Counted from the whole stretch's first letter, positions 47,811 to 61,891 are shown. The stretch: DNA of 61,962 nucleotides, filler included, from Choristocarpus tenellus KU-1152 (GCA_964200185.2; 11 parts of 11 records of this genome joined end to end with filler, not necessarily neighbours in it), one strand, 5' to 3'. The notes: a model not told the origin generated them from the letters alone. A program made the numbers and translations.

Positions 47811-50800
47811 TGCCTGACGTCATTGTAACAGCTCCTGTTCCACTGCCAGCGGAAGTTCGGCAGGTGGTGATATCGAAACTTCAAGGATTAGCAAAGAGAC
47901 CTCCAAGAGAGAGGAGAGGAACAAGTCGGGAAAGGGGTTCAATGTTAGGGCAGCAGAGTGGAAGCGCAAGATGCAGATGAAGGCCCAGGAGTCAAACAGC
48001 ACCAATTACTTGGTACGCCTCCTCTGATTCCTGCTGTGCTATTTATAATGTAGTACAAAATTGGGTAGATGCTTGCATGCTGGGAGTTTTGTCTGCATAT
48101 GGAAGGCGTGGTTGTATGTTATATACTAATGTAAATGAGGGGGAGTGGTTAAGTCATGGAGCGAAAGAGATTCATTAAAAAAAACTTTTGTGTTGTATTG
48201 GGTTAGTTGATAGGGTGAGATTTGCCTGTGTATACTATTTATACTATTATTCAACCCCAAACTGTTTTTTCTTTTTTTCTAAAAAGTTTGTTTGCGTGTG
48301 CACTCCTGTCCAGTTGATGCGACCATTCAGGGGTTTCTATACCTGGCAAGCGTACGCGGTTTTGAAAGAACTGTCTTCCAAAAGTACACGGAGCATGAAA
48401 ACCCCCCGTAACGTTGGGCGTGTGTGCTATGTTTGGTGTATGTTTGGTGTATGTTTGGTGTATGTTTGGTGTATGTACAGAGATGAAATGCACAACTACG
48501 TCGAGGGTTGGCATTGAAGGGTTTTTGGAGGGTTTGTTTTTGGTGTTATTGTGAGAAGTGAATCGAACGGGAAGGCGTTTTGAACGACCCAAGTGACTAT
48601 CTCTCGTGGGATGAAAACATTTTGTTTTTATTTTTTTGCAAACGAACAAAAACATCAGGGTTTTTTTTTTTTTAACCTCCAAAGATAACGCTGGCCCTGG
48701 TTTGTTGGTTGATAGCTAGCTGTAGGTGGCGGTCCTTTTCGTGGATTGTGTTACATGATTGACTTGCCACTTGGTTTGGATGTACCCTCGAGTGTGGATG
48801 TAGTATTATTCTACGTAGTACATAGAAGAGCTTGAAAAAAAAGAGATAAGTATTCCGATTTTTTGATTTGCTGACCGTTGTTGTCGGGTAGGGGGTATGT
48901 ATGCCTGCCTAGTGCTGAGTTATTCCTGACTAAGACAGGCGTACAAAAAGAGGTTCTCGTTTCTGGTAACGGGCTATGGACATCGTTGTCTATCTGTTGG
49001 TCTTGGTGTACTTAGGGACAGACAATGTCTCATGTTCATCCTGGTGCTGTTGGAGTGCCATGGTTGCCTAACGTATGGTGGAGTCTGACCTCCCTCAGTT
49101 TATTGAGTTGATCAAAGCAGATTAGCGTTCTTGTTAAAATCTCTGATGTGTTTTGATTGGTCCAACTACGACGTCCAGAATTTTGTCAATCCCCGTGACA
49201 GTTCGAAATTGATGACAAGCTTTACTTGCAATGTCGATCCTTGTGGTATGGGCATAGAGATAAGGAGTCACTCAAGGCCAGGTGGAGTTATTGTTCAGAA
49301 CTCCAACCCCCAATCCTCATTTACAGATCACAGAGCCCCAATGAGAGGGATAGGAAACTATCTATGGTTTGGGGGGAGTAGATGTGGCGAACCACTCTTG
49401 GGTTGAGTGGAAGGAGCTTGCCGTGCTTACCTCTCAGCATCTCATCTCTGAGAGGGCTGCTACCCTCCTCATTTGGCTTGAGCTCAACCAACCCCGACAA
49501 ATCTGTATTGGTAATTGAAGAGTTGATACGTTGTTTTGTGGTTGACCTCAGATCAAACGGATCCTTTTGAACAGCCACGGCATGCTATACATGTTTGTGA
49601 GATGCGCTGGAGGGCTTTGCCTGATGTGAATGCCTCTATAAATATGAAAACTAGAAGATGGTACATGGTGACACTTCCAGTTGGGGGCTGTGTTGCTGTG
49701 GTGGATGTGGAATGTAGGGTTCAGTTGACGGCAAGCGTTTTCATGAGGATGAATGTGTCTGAGTGTCCCAGGTGGATACATGATAAGTAGATTGGGTTAG
49801 AAAAGGAACATTATTGTTCCTTTTTAGTTTGTTCTTTGACAATTTTTTTGTGGTGTGTAGAATCTGATAACAATGTTTTGACATATGGGGGTAAGGTGGG
49901 ACAGTAAGGCTCTTATTATACTTGGCATACACCAACGTCGATGTCTTGGGCAAGTTGGTGAGTCTTACCAGATGTGAGAACATTGCTGCAAGAACTTGAT
50001 GTTGTTCATGATGTCCTTCTCATGCCATCAGACTTTTGCGCCCACCCCCCTGGTTGTGTTGATCACGATTGCCTACTCCTGTAGGGAGTCTGTGTATATT
50101 GGTTTTTTGGATTATGATACATGCAGAGATGCAATAGCAGGTTGTTTTTCATGGCGAGCTAGGTGGTTCATCCTGTGGTTCAACCTCATGTTTCTGGGTA
50201 TGTGGGATTTTGTAGCTTCAAAGTCTGCCCTAGATTATATGCTCACTTTCTAGCGTGTGAGAACTCTAATCCTTAAAAGTTAATTTTGTCCTTAAAAGTT
50301 AATTTTGTATACTTTGGTTCTGCAGAGGAGATGCCTTTCATTTTAAAGACCTTTGTCTGTCCTATCATCTTTAACCTTGACATCAACCTTCTTACATCCT
50401 GTGCCACCCTACCCTGCTCTCTGTATCCCTCCCCACCCCCTGACTCTCTTTAGTCCTCCAACGATATAACCACTTCTGTCTCTGTGTTGACTATGAGCCC
50501 ACAAAGGCGGAACACTTCACCTACTTCAACTACAGCAGCATTCTTGGACCAGGATGGTACCCCCACCCAAGGACAGACATTACAACTACAATGGCCAAAC
50601 CAATTCCATCCTCAGCAGCACGCTCACAGGGCTCCCACCCTGTACCCACAACGAACTCCCCTTGGAGGCCCAGGTGGAGGGGGTGGAGGAGGAGGCCAAG
50701 CATACCAGTATCACCAACTTGGGGGGGTGGGGGGTCAAAGGGAAAGCCCGCAGGGGCAGAATGCTCAACAAGAACATTCTCAACCCAGATTTGCAGCATT

Positions 50801-51602
50801 TGAGAGCCAGCAGGCTCTGGATGGCACCAGGCCCCCCAATGCTGCAGGGGCAACAGCAAGCTGTATTACTGGAGATTGTGAGCACAGCAGCAGAGCAGGG
50901 TCTTCTATTTCTTCAGAGGTGAGCCTTTTCCTCCCCAGGGACAACCGGAACTGGGCGGGTTCAAGGGAGGGGGGCCAGGAGAGGATAGAAGGCATTATGG
51001 GGGGTGAGGAGATGGATGGGGAGGTGAGACAAGGTTCTATTCTGTGTCTTTTCACCACCAGAGCCGATAAGGTAACACCATGTGTGCAGATTTCAGAGTA
51101 AGGGTTAGGGTTAGGGTTAGGGCTAGATTGATTCACATTGGTGAAGTATAATCCTATAATTTTCTGAGTTTTTTTATTCATTTGTGCGGAGGGGAATGTT
51201 CAGCAGTTTGTAGACAGAGAAGTGTGGTATAGACCTTGGGGTTAGGTTTAGGGCGATGATAGTGTTGCAGTTGTTGGAGCATAAATGGCTTTTCTGATAA
51301 TCGTACCTTCCACAGTTATGACGTGTAGTACTCTCTTGGTACGAAGTTTGCCGATCAGTGGATGCAGGGTGTCCAAATGCATTGTGCTCTTTCAAATGTA
51401 TGCTGGTAGGCCTTCTTACCCACAAGTGTTGTCTTTCTATATGCATGAAAATCCATTCTAGACATTGCCATGTCCATGTGAAGATTAAGGACTCGTAGAA
51501 GGACATATAATTCCTGGTAATAGATTAATTATTCAATGCAATGTATATATGCCCAACTGTAATACATCTATTGAACACTCTTTGCAACAGGTATGGCTCT
51601 AG
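46727..51602 (+). CDS. 3' portion of an unidentified multi-exon gene
   Basis: Phase-consistent GT-AG exons 46727-47017, 47832-48012, 48314-48407, 49327-49401, 49552-49592, 50454-50918 and 51591-51602 (VWL*). Mostly S/G/Q-rich, with one ordered block LMRPFRGFYTWQAY..NYLWFGGSRCGEPLLDQTDPFEQPRH. Confidence 0.6.
47312..47635. repeat. Intronic minisatellites (35-bp x3; 29-bp x~3.5)
   Basis: TATGTGTTGGGTTAGTT..CTTCAGTTT x3; AGAAAA(A/G)TCATTTGAATTTA.TTGAATT units. Confidence 0.85.
47748..47808. repeat. (CA)n microsatellite
   Basis: About 30 perfect CA units just upstream of the acceptor at 47831. Confidence 0.95.
48428..48475. repeat. 11-bp tandem (TATGTTTGGTG)x4
   Basis: Directly visible. Confidence 0.9.
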
Positions 51603-54071
51603 AGCTCTATATTTGCCCAGGAGTGTTTTTCAGCACGATGATATGTCACTGATCCACTTTTGGTATTCTGGTTCTCCTATGTTATCATTTTGATACCTGC
51701 AGACAACACCAGTCTTACAAGCAGGCAGTCAAGGATCAAGGGTCAAGAGTCCTCAAGGGTCAAGAGTTCCGCAAGTTCATCCTTGTATCTTTGCCATAGG
51801 TCGTCTTGTGATATGTCAACACTGCACCATGCTGATACTCCACCCTAACCACCGACTCCGCCCTCCCCCTCCAGTTGTCACACACCTCATCTCGTGATTC
51901 AAATTTTCCTTTCCTATGACCCCTGTTGTGATACTACATGTGTGTTGATGTAGGGGCAGTCTAGGATGGCTAATCCTTGCATAGGTCAGGAGCAAGCGAG
52001 AGCAAATGCTCTGCCGTTTGTGGTACAGTCTGACAAGGGAGTGAGTGCAAAAGTAAGGCTCACAACAACAGTGTTGCCATCAGAGTTTGTAGTGAGTGTT
52101 TGTAGTGAGTGTGGTAACAGCTGAGACAGTGAGGGGGTTGGTAGATCTGCCATGATTTGTTGGCTGTAAGGCACGGGTGATATTGGTCCTGGGGAGGAGG
52201 GAAATGGATCCAATTGGTTACCGAGATAGGAGTTTAATGTGTCTAAGTTGGTTTGCGTAAGGTGGTGCTGGGTTAGAGTTAGTGGAAGAGAGGAGGTTTG
52301 GGTGGTTTAATGTCGGAATGAATTTTGTTATATTTATGTTTTTTGTGTGATTTTGTTGATGTGCAGGGTAATTGATTGCTTGTGTTGAAAGTCTTGTGTG
52401 AGGTCTTAGTTTGAGTGTTGTTTTTTTGGATGATGCAGGGCAAGTTATTCGCTTATTGTTGTTGATGCCTTCTTGTGAGCATCATTACTGTATTGGTTGC
52501 TCTCTTGACAGCACTGTAAAATCCTATCACTGAGGAGCCCCACCTGGGCTTGTTAAATTGGTGGTACTTTGAACTGAGAATTTTGTGATTGTTTGGGAGA
52601 TGACCTGAAACAGGAGAAGTTAACATTGTCGCAGTCTTTTTTTTCATCCTATGATGCAATTTCAAGAGGGACAGACAGCAAGAATGCCTGACTTGAGATG
52701 GAAGAGAGAGGGTTCTCGTTGTGGGTGTTTATGTCGATGAAGGGTAGGGTCTTAAATCTCTTCAACATGTTGTAGCTGCTTGGGAAACGATGCGTGTGTG
52801 GCCACACATGTGACGAGAGTGGCAATGCCTCATGGTGTGGAAACCTTTTTTTTTTTTCTAGGTCTTTTGTAGTCATGTGTACAGCAAGTAGATATCTGCA
52901 TTCGGAGGTGAACTTTGTTGAGATTCAAGTGTACTGGGTGTACCGTATTTTGTCAGTAAGTATGACACGTTGAAGTGTCTACTTGCTTCTTTCTTGACAG
53001 GGTATCCACTGCCTAGAGGTCTTTGCCTTTGAATGAATCAGATTACTGCATCTTACAGAGTGTTATTAGCGTCCTTAGCAATATTTGTAAGGAGGCGGTG
53101 CAGGTCTCCCTTTGCAGCGGTGTTGTCCTAGGTCTCTTTATTCACAGGGACGAACGCTTGTTCAAGACATAACAAGGCAGTGTCTCACATAGTTCACCTG
53201 CCACCGAGCGTTCTCACCACACCCCTAGCTCCAAGTTGCCTTTCAAGGGATGTTTATTGTTCAACAGACTTCCAGTATGGGTTCAATTGCATCGAAATTA
53301 TGGTATCAGGATTGTTCTTACCACCCTCCACGATGCCTCTACCTTGCTTTTACTCCTCTACCATGACTGAGTAGTCCAGCATTTCACCCACAGAAGATGC
53401 CTTGTGGCTCATCGAGCAACCTTCAGAGGAGGCGTTTCAGGAACGACCTAGGATTTCAGTCCCTAAGTCAGGCGTGATTGGTGAAGATTTTGACGATTCC
53501 TCATCACCTCTTACTGACAGTAAGCTTGGAATGTCCTTCAGGTAGAGTAAAGAGAGAGTGCACTGTCTTCCTCAGTATCAACTGTTGACCATGGTGTGGA
53601 AATTGGTGGAAGGTGTACTAAAAGGAGAGGTATGGGTACAAGGGTTCTGTCTTGTGATGCAATCCTGGCTGTCCCTTGAAAAGAGTTTGAGGGTTTTGTC
53701 ATGAAGAGAGAGCAGTTACTGAACAGATTTGACTTGTTAAGTGTCTTCTTGAAATTGTATGCAGTCTATTCTTGGTGTAGCCCCTGAAATGAGTATGCTG
53801 AAAGTTTCACAGACCTTTCCATAAGGAAAACTGTACAATGTCTACCTTTAACCTCATGAAGCATTATGCACATTTCTTTTTTTTTGCTTGAGTGGTTAGG
53901 TAACTATTGGTACTTCAAATTGGTTTTAATATTATGACTCGATCACTAATGAAAATATTACCCCCCCCCCCNNNNNNNNNNNNNNNNNNNNNNNNNNNNN
54001 NNNNNNNNNNNNNNNTTAATTAATTAANNNNNNNNNNNNNNNNNNNNNNNNNNNNNNNNNNNNNNNNNNNN

Positions 54072-54164
54072 CCGGGTGATGGTACACCTATTACTGTCAA
54101 CATGTTGATGGACTCCCGGGTGATGGTATACCTTTTACTGTCAACATGTTGATGGACTCCCGGG
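54072..54164. repeat. 44-bp tandem duplication at contig start
   Basis: CCGGGTGATGGTA.ACCT.TTACTGTCAACATGTTGATGGACTC x2. Confidence 0.85.
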
Positions 54165-56967
54165 ATATATGTAAACTTTTCAAACCTCGAGCTTAGAGGA
54201 GATTATAAAATGGTCAAGTGCACTGATAGTTGTAATATATATATATATATATATAATTGCTCCATGACCAAAGACAATTGCATCAGAAGTGAGAAAGAAG
54301 GTTGGGATAGGCAAAAAGCCAGTCAGGTTTTCAAGGTCTACCATGTACTGAAGCTGATAAAAATCATGCCCATGAGGTCTTGAGCCATGCAAAGTTGAGA
54401 AGGGCACTACAGTAGAGCTGTTACGACCTACCTAGCTCTTATCTCGACATGTAGCACTCTTATCTCCTCCAACAGCACGTACATTGGTACCATGGGCAGG
54501 ATCATATTGACTGTCATCCAGAGTTATATATTATACTACTGCAATGGCAAGGTGAATTCATTCCATGGTACTCCAGAGGGGGCTTGACACGGCTGTTTTC
54601 ATCAATGATGTACATCTAAAGCTGTTCCAAACTTTATCACTGGACCTTCTTGCCCCTAGTGTCCACTTAACAGCATTGTGTCCTACCCGTTGCAAAGCTT
54701 GAGAGCTCTAGTGCAATTCAATCACATGGCCTGTCGGGGTCCTAGAGCTCTTGAACGGTTCAATCATAAAAAAAAATAGAATTATTAAACTGCATTTTTT
54801 TTTCTCTTAAATATATATATATTTTTTTAAAGGACGCGTTGTTTGTGTAAAGCAGGAAAACTATTCAGAATAACTGAAATAAATAATGCCAAAATGGAGC
54901 ACTGCTCCCCAAAGCACAATCAGCAAGCATACCCTGTCCCAACAAGAACATGAGACTGTCAAAGACAAACAAACAACACGCAAAGTTCTCACAATAAAAA
55001 TATTTATTGAGTATTGGAAAGATCGAGACCCCAGTGTTGCTCTACAGCTGTCCTGCTTTTCTTCAGGGTTAGGGTTAGGGTTAGGGTTAGGGGTTGCACA
55101 GTGGTGCCTAGATGTGGAGTCGTCTGTTTTTGGGTTTTGTCAAATCGAGGATGGAATAATCTCCTTGAACTGGCGTATTTCAACATTCCAACAAAACAAC
55201 GACAAATTTCTTGATGTGGTAGTTGGCAACTGCGTCGGGCGTACCATGGTCTCAGAAAAATAATATAATAATAATAATAATATATTATTATACTAAGGCA
55301 ACGGATTCACAAATTTCAGTGTCATCCACGAGACATACGTGACCCTCTACACATATGAGAGGACTTTACAACAGTATAACAACAATAAAATAAATCACAG
55401 TCAGAGATGAGAGGACTTTACAACAGGGTGTATTGTGGTCAAGCGAAAGCCCTCGCGTTCCACAGGCTAGGTATATTTTTCGTCTTCAGGGGGGAGTCCT
55501 AGCGATCACACACTGGCAACTAGAGGTTGGAATTTTATTAGAGGTTGGAATTCTATTTTCCGTGCTGTACTCAGAATGATGGGATAGTTTTCGCCATGAA
55601 TCTCAAAATGCTCTGCTATCTGTTAATACATTCTATATGTGTACTTCGCCGTGAACACTTCATCATCCATGGCTTTCACTTGCATTATAAACATAACGCA
55701 CTACATGATATACATACATATATATATATATGTATATATTATACATAAACAATACAATTATCAAGTTTATTGAATATAAGGAGAGGTTGTTTGGGGGAAT
55801 TGTTCTTTTGGGTAGGGAAGAACATTGATGTTCAGATGTTCAGATGTTCAATGGAGAAATGGATGCTTCCATGTAGTACCCGGAAACTATGCATGGCCTC
55901 CCATGGTCTCAGATTCACACAGTTCAAAGCCATTCTAGAGATACAAAAGTCATCATGCACAGGGGTATCACAATCAGGGTTCTGAGGAACTTGCCATACG
56001 CTGGATCATGGGGAAGCAAAAGTTAGGAAAGAAGGTGGGCAAGTGACTGAATGAGTGAAAGGGGAAGGACGTAAAGGTTGAGTAACTATCTTCGAAGAGC
56101 ATTGACTAATGTTCTCAGACAAAAAAGTTGAAGCTGAAGGCAGCCAAGGAGGATGAAGAGAGCGTTCTGAGGGAGGAGAATAGCATCGCTATTTTGGGAC
56201 TGAGGATAACATCCCCATAGTGTTAGAGATTGAGGAGGATTTAGAAGAGAAAGGCAGAAAGTAGGAGTAGGATGTGGACAAACAGGCAAATGGAGAGATG
56301 GCAGCCAGTGTAGACACATGAATGAGTAGTTGTGAGCCTGCATGAGCACAAAGTACCCCAATGCCTCATTTCTTTGACTCCAACATCAATGAACAAAGGC
56401 TTGGAAGGCCAGCTCCACACAGTATAGTAACATGCAGGGATACATATTATTTAGTGTCTGCCACTAGCAGAATGTGCCAAATACCAGTGCTCTCTTTGCT
56501 TTTATATGTCTTGTATACCATCCAACTCAAAGTAGTTCACTGCTACCCCAGCAGTAAACGCTGTACTTCTCAAGTCCTGTAACACCCCCAACAGCACAAC
56601 CTATACCTTTACATACAAGTGTCTTAACATACAGACTCTGCCAGTCAGTATATATGAACTATAATTTGTAGCTTCTTTTTACTGGCAATGCACTATATCC
56701 ACCCCATTCCAAGCTCAAAGCACTTGTAATTGTTTTTACCCTTGTGTTACCTATCAAAACTCAGTTTTCCTCAAAAACCACCAGACGCCCCCCCCTTGCC
56801 CTCAGATTTCATCTCGTACCACATCATACATTTTATTCATTTGGGTAAGAATTGCTAAAGGTATAGTCGTATGCCTACATGGTAATTCCTTCCGAAATAG
56901 TATAGATATGTATATAATCGAAATCACACACCAACAGGCCACATATGATGATGTTACACTCACGTCT

Positions 56968-57227
56968 GAGGGAAAGTATCTTAGAGAGTATGAGTTTTGC
57001 CCTGTTTGTCCATTTGGGGCTTGGCTTCCCATGGGTTCTTTTATAGCATTTTCCTACTCCAAAATGTTGAGGAGTAGGTAAAGTGTATATGTTATGAAAA
57101 GGTGTGTCCGGAAATATGGATATTTGACACTTCCTAACAAATACGATAGCCGATATTAAATTAAAATCGCAACATTGGATTTTGCCCCCAAATGGACGCG
57201 GCTCTACCCTCTAATATACTTTGGCTC
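56968..57227. mobile_element. MITE family A copy, TSD GTCT
   Basis: GAGGGAAAGTATCTTAGAGAG ... CCCTCTAATATACTTTGGCTC; GTCT on both sides. Confidence 0.92.
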
Positions 57228-58405
57228 GTCTTTGCAAAGGCATCAATAATTCCTGTCCCGCTTTGGTGGCATTTCCATTTTCTGTCCTCATGATTTTGTA
57301 GCATCCTTCTCCGCCCTTGCTTCTATTCGTCCAAAATTCCGCCCACTGTACACATTGGAGGGGAGTGGTGCCAGGGAGAAATGAGGCGAAAAGGGCAACC
57401 AAGCGAACGGAGGCAGTATAAGGCGGAAACACAGGATTGGTGTGTGTGTGTGTGTGTGCGCGCGTCATGGAGAACTAAGGTTTGGATACACAAGTCCCAA
57501 CAGACATGACTTGAGCGAAAACACCAACATGAACAACGTAACGCGCAAAGACAACTCAGATCAAGAGAACGATCTACGAATGTAAACAACGGAATTTCTT
57601 TGCCAGTTGTAACAAATACTCCTTTCTGGCATGTAAAGAGGGCACAAGAAACTAGGAGCCAAGTAGTAGACGTCGGGGTAGAGTATACACACTAGCGTTA
57701 GGGGCTGACGGAGCAGGTAAGTTCCTTATTGAGGGGTATATGGTTCCCTTTGGATATCATGACCAGTCGCGTGTTCCATACTATCAAGATGAACAATTGC
57801 TCATGCCAAAGAACTACGCAATTGCAAAGGGGAGAACGAGGTAGTCGTGTAGATTTCTGGGCCGCTCTTGTTGCTTTTGCACTTACATCTCCACATCAAA
57901 CAGTTGAGCAAATAGTGGCATTGGAGCACGCACCTTCTCTTAGCGGGTTCTAACGAGGTGCTTACTTCTCTCATCTAACGTTAGGGTATGTGACATCAGG
58001 GTCAATACCACCCCCATCTTCTCTCTAGCAACATGTACCTCGACGAGGCTCTGATTGAAGACGTAGATGGAATAAGGAGTCATCATATACGGGATTTCGA
58101 GTCCAATATCAAGGGTGTCGTATATACACTACCCCTCCTGTACATCGCCTATGAGTAAACAATTGCATATTTTGGCCCCTTGCAGCCCCCTGCCAGTCGT
58201 GCAGGGTGGTCCTGGCGTTGCCCAAGAGGGCAGTACCTGCAACTTACGCCTCTGATCATAATCTTCAATGAAGGGGGAGGAAGGGATTTGTTGTGATGTG
58301 AAGTGGCAATATATGGAAAGCGCACCGCGCGCAGATCTGTGAGCGAGTTGATACTCTCAACCACTATATATACCCAACTTCCCAGTCAGATTCCCATCAA
58401 ATCTA

Positions 58406-59829
58406 ATGGGCAGTCGGTTCTTAATCCACACTGCAGTGCGGCGTGTACCGTTGCGACCGTTCGCTGGTGGTCGGTTTTTCTTTTCGGTGCCTGACGCGTC
58501 AGGTATACATCAGTCGCGAAGTTTGGTGTACTCCAGAGGTGGTTTCCGCCGATGTTCTACACGAATTATTCAAGATCAGGCTAATGACCAACAAGCCTCA
58601 TGCCGGTCGTACATAAATAGGACTTCAGCTGCTGCTTGTTGTTCATATATAGTTGTTTCGCGTCCGAGATGTAGGCAATTTTGTACCACCAAGAGTGTTC
58701 ATCAAGATGGAGAACGGACTGCGAGGAACGATAGCCAAATGCAAGGTAGATCAAATGTTGGTCATGGTGTGGAAGAGAGTTTAGTGCTGAGACTTTTAGG
58801 TCCACGCTGGAGTCCATATGGACGTCTGATCAGGATTGACAAGCCCGCTGGGGCATTATTGTTGCTCCTTCCCTGCTGGTGGAGTATCGCCCTAGCTGCT
58901 CCAATTGGGTCTTGGCCAGACCTGAAGCTCATGTCACTCTTCGGCGTAGGGGCTCTGGCAATGAGGTGGGCGTGCCAGTTGGAACCTATTCATCTGTATG
59001 ACATGATCTCCTAGAAGAGTCGCCATCCTTCTGCCTGGGACCTAAGATCAGAATAGTACCCAAATTGTCACACACTAAGTGAACTTAGGAGTTGGTTCCA
59101 AACACACGCACCCCTGATCCCTTTTCTTGCCTCAGGTCGGCCGGTTGCATAATAAATGACCTGTGGGACCAGGACATTGATCGGCAAGTGGTCCGGACGA
59201 AGGGGAGGCCACTTGCGTCAGGAGAGATTGGCACAACACAGGCTCTCGTTTTTCTTGGTGGACAACTCACAGCGGGACTCGCAGTGCTACTGAACCTCAA
59301 TGTGGAGTGCATCAAAATGGGATTCGCAGTGATGCCTCTTGTGGTGGCCTATCCTCTCATGAAGCGCTTCATTAATTGGCCAGCAGCTTTCCTGGGTCTG
59401 TCCTTCAATTCGGGGGCCTTCATTGGTTGGACGGCAGTCCATGGAGACATATCATGGCAGCATACATTGCCCCTTTATGGAGCGGGGATCTGCTGGACCA
59501 TTGTGTACGACACGCTTTATGGACACCAGGACAAATCTGGGGATGCAAAACTGGGCCTTAAGTCCACCGCCCTGTTGTTCGGCAGCAGGACAAAGCCTAT
59601 CCTCGCAGGGTTCAGTGTAGCCACAATTGGGCTGCTGGGAATGGCAGGTCATGCTGCCAACTTGTCATGGCCCTTTTACGCTGGGACTGCCGTTGCTGCA
59701 GGGCAGATGGCCTGGAAGGTTACTGCGGCGGACCTAGATAACCCAGAGGAACTCTTTGAGACCTTCAAGTCGAACACACACTTTGGTGCAATTGTCCTTG
59801 GCAGTATCATCGCGGGTCACTTGATGTGA
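58406..59829 (+). CDS. COQ2: 4-hydroxybenzoate polyprenyltransferase, mitochondrial (UbiA family); exons 58406-58965 and 59136-59829, about 417 aa
   Basis: [79 protein letters not shown]; Arg/Ser-rich N-terminal transit peptide; in-frame GT-AG intron. Confidence 0.95.
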
Positions 59830-61891
59830 CTAATAGGTGCACTCTGCTGTTTGATGGAATATATCACGTTGGATAGTTTGGATAGTTTGGTCAGTATCTC
59901 CCATTATTAGTGTTGTTCAAAAAATCAGGTAAATAGGGCATGGTACAAAAGTGGAAACATGAACTCGAGATTCCTAATGTTCAAATATTTTCTTGGAGGA
60001 TATCCTTGAGAAAGGAGAGTGTGAAAGGTTACTCAAGCGTTAACTTGGTGAAATGACAAACAAAACCCCTACCAAAATGAACATAGCTGTCGATTTTCAG
60101 TAAAGAATAGACTCTTATATTGCAGGATTTTTGTCAGAGACCCATGATTTGGAACCGGATAATAACTATAGCATTTGTTGAGTTAGAGGTATACAACTAT
60201 CTCTGCGACTTCTCTGTTTTCACCAATTTGCTTATCTTACCCAAGAAATGATCCCTACCATTCGGAAACCTCTAATAAATGTGGAGTTATATGTGGGTGC
60301 TCACAGTCCAGATAGAACCACTACAGCAGGAGGACTCATTCTTTGAATTCCTCCTTACCAAGTCATGTTACTTTTTAGAGAGGAAATTTTGATTTGCATA
60401 CATCTCCCAAGGATGCAGGATAGCATTGAGATCCCATATCCTGCTCTCAACATCATCACGGCACATTAAAATAATCCATCCTCCTTTCTCTCTCTCTCTC
60501 AATGTGGCATAACAAGGATAACATATGACAGCATTTCTGCGTCGAATGAACTACAGTTAACGTTATGTTGGTTGTATAATGGGCGGTTTCAATTTTGAGG
60601 GAATGTAGGTACATACTTCTTTCCGATCAGGAACCGGGCTGCTCCAGTGGAATTCTCTCTACTGAGTTCCCCAGTGCCATCGTTGTGAAGATAAGATGTA
60701 GTTCGACATTTGAAGCCTCAGTGTTTACTACCGCTTGGTCCATTTTAGGAAGGACTTCCTCCTTCATCAGTAATGTATGGATCCCTAACTATGCCTCAGG
60801 GCTTCTTCGTCCATCATCTCTTACAACCAACATCAAAAAGAATTAATAAAAAAGTTTACCTTCGACCTGCTTGGGCTTGGCCTTAAGTCCTCAGTGTCAA
60901 AAAGGAAAGTCTCCTTGGTGGTCTATAGCTGCATGATGCACCGTTTGTAATTTTGTTGCACTATTATTCCTTCCTCTTGTATTCTTTTCCTCTTTTAGCA
61001 TCAGGTTGGAGTAAGAATAGTGCATAATAGACGAAGAGCCGGTATCCAACACACAAAAGAACACAACCATGTTTACCAATAAAAAAACTACTCGGAGAGC
61101 TACTTATAATAATTCTTGGATAAGTATTACAGAGTGTCTCCATGTTGTTGTCCAACTATAATACTTCGAACTATTAATTTTAAATAGCGAAATTGGATCG
61201 CACATTTTGTGAGAGCCATCTTCCACAGAAGGTATACCCTGAAGGTAACCTATCTTGAACATTATGATATTCATATGACATTTGTTCTTGCATGTTGAAG
61301 ATAACATCTTCTCGAAGTAAGATCGGGTGGTTTAAGGGGACCTTACAAACCCCCCTCGTTCAGTTACCACTTGAAAACTCTTTTCCTGAGTGATCTTTTG
61401 AGGGATTGCTCTCCCTCTTTGACTTGTCTCTCTTTGATCTTGCCTCCTGTGGGTCTTCCCGCTCCCCTTCATTTCAAAGAATCTGTCGGCTTGTTTCCAT
61501 GTGTCTCACAATTTCAATTAAATATCTGATGGGCAGCAGTACAAACAGGGTTAAGGATCCTCCTAACGGTAGTACAACAGACAACAGTATTAAACAAAAA
61601 GTGATAGTTAATAGTACAAGCAATCATTATATATGCTACGAAGTATATGCATGCGTGTTCCCTCTATTGTGAAGGGAATGATTTCAGGCTGAGTCAACCT
61701 ATCCTAGAGATGAGGTCTTCTATTTCGGCTCTTTTGAGTATTTAAAGCTTTTGTGTGAGCCTTCTGCCTGACTCCCCATTCTCATCCCTAAAATTCAGAG
61801 ATACGCCCCCCATTAGGAGACTATGTATGTAGAAAAGATCTCGGTTTGTCCATAATATGATGAACGCGAAATCACCTTCAGGGTGCAAGAA

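Noticed and set aside
60480-61800. Possible decayed transposon coding sequence on the minus strand
   Set aside because: No diagnostic motif could be read with confidence.
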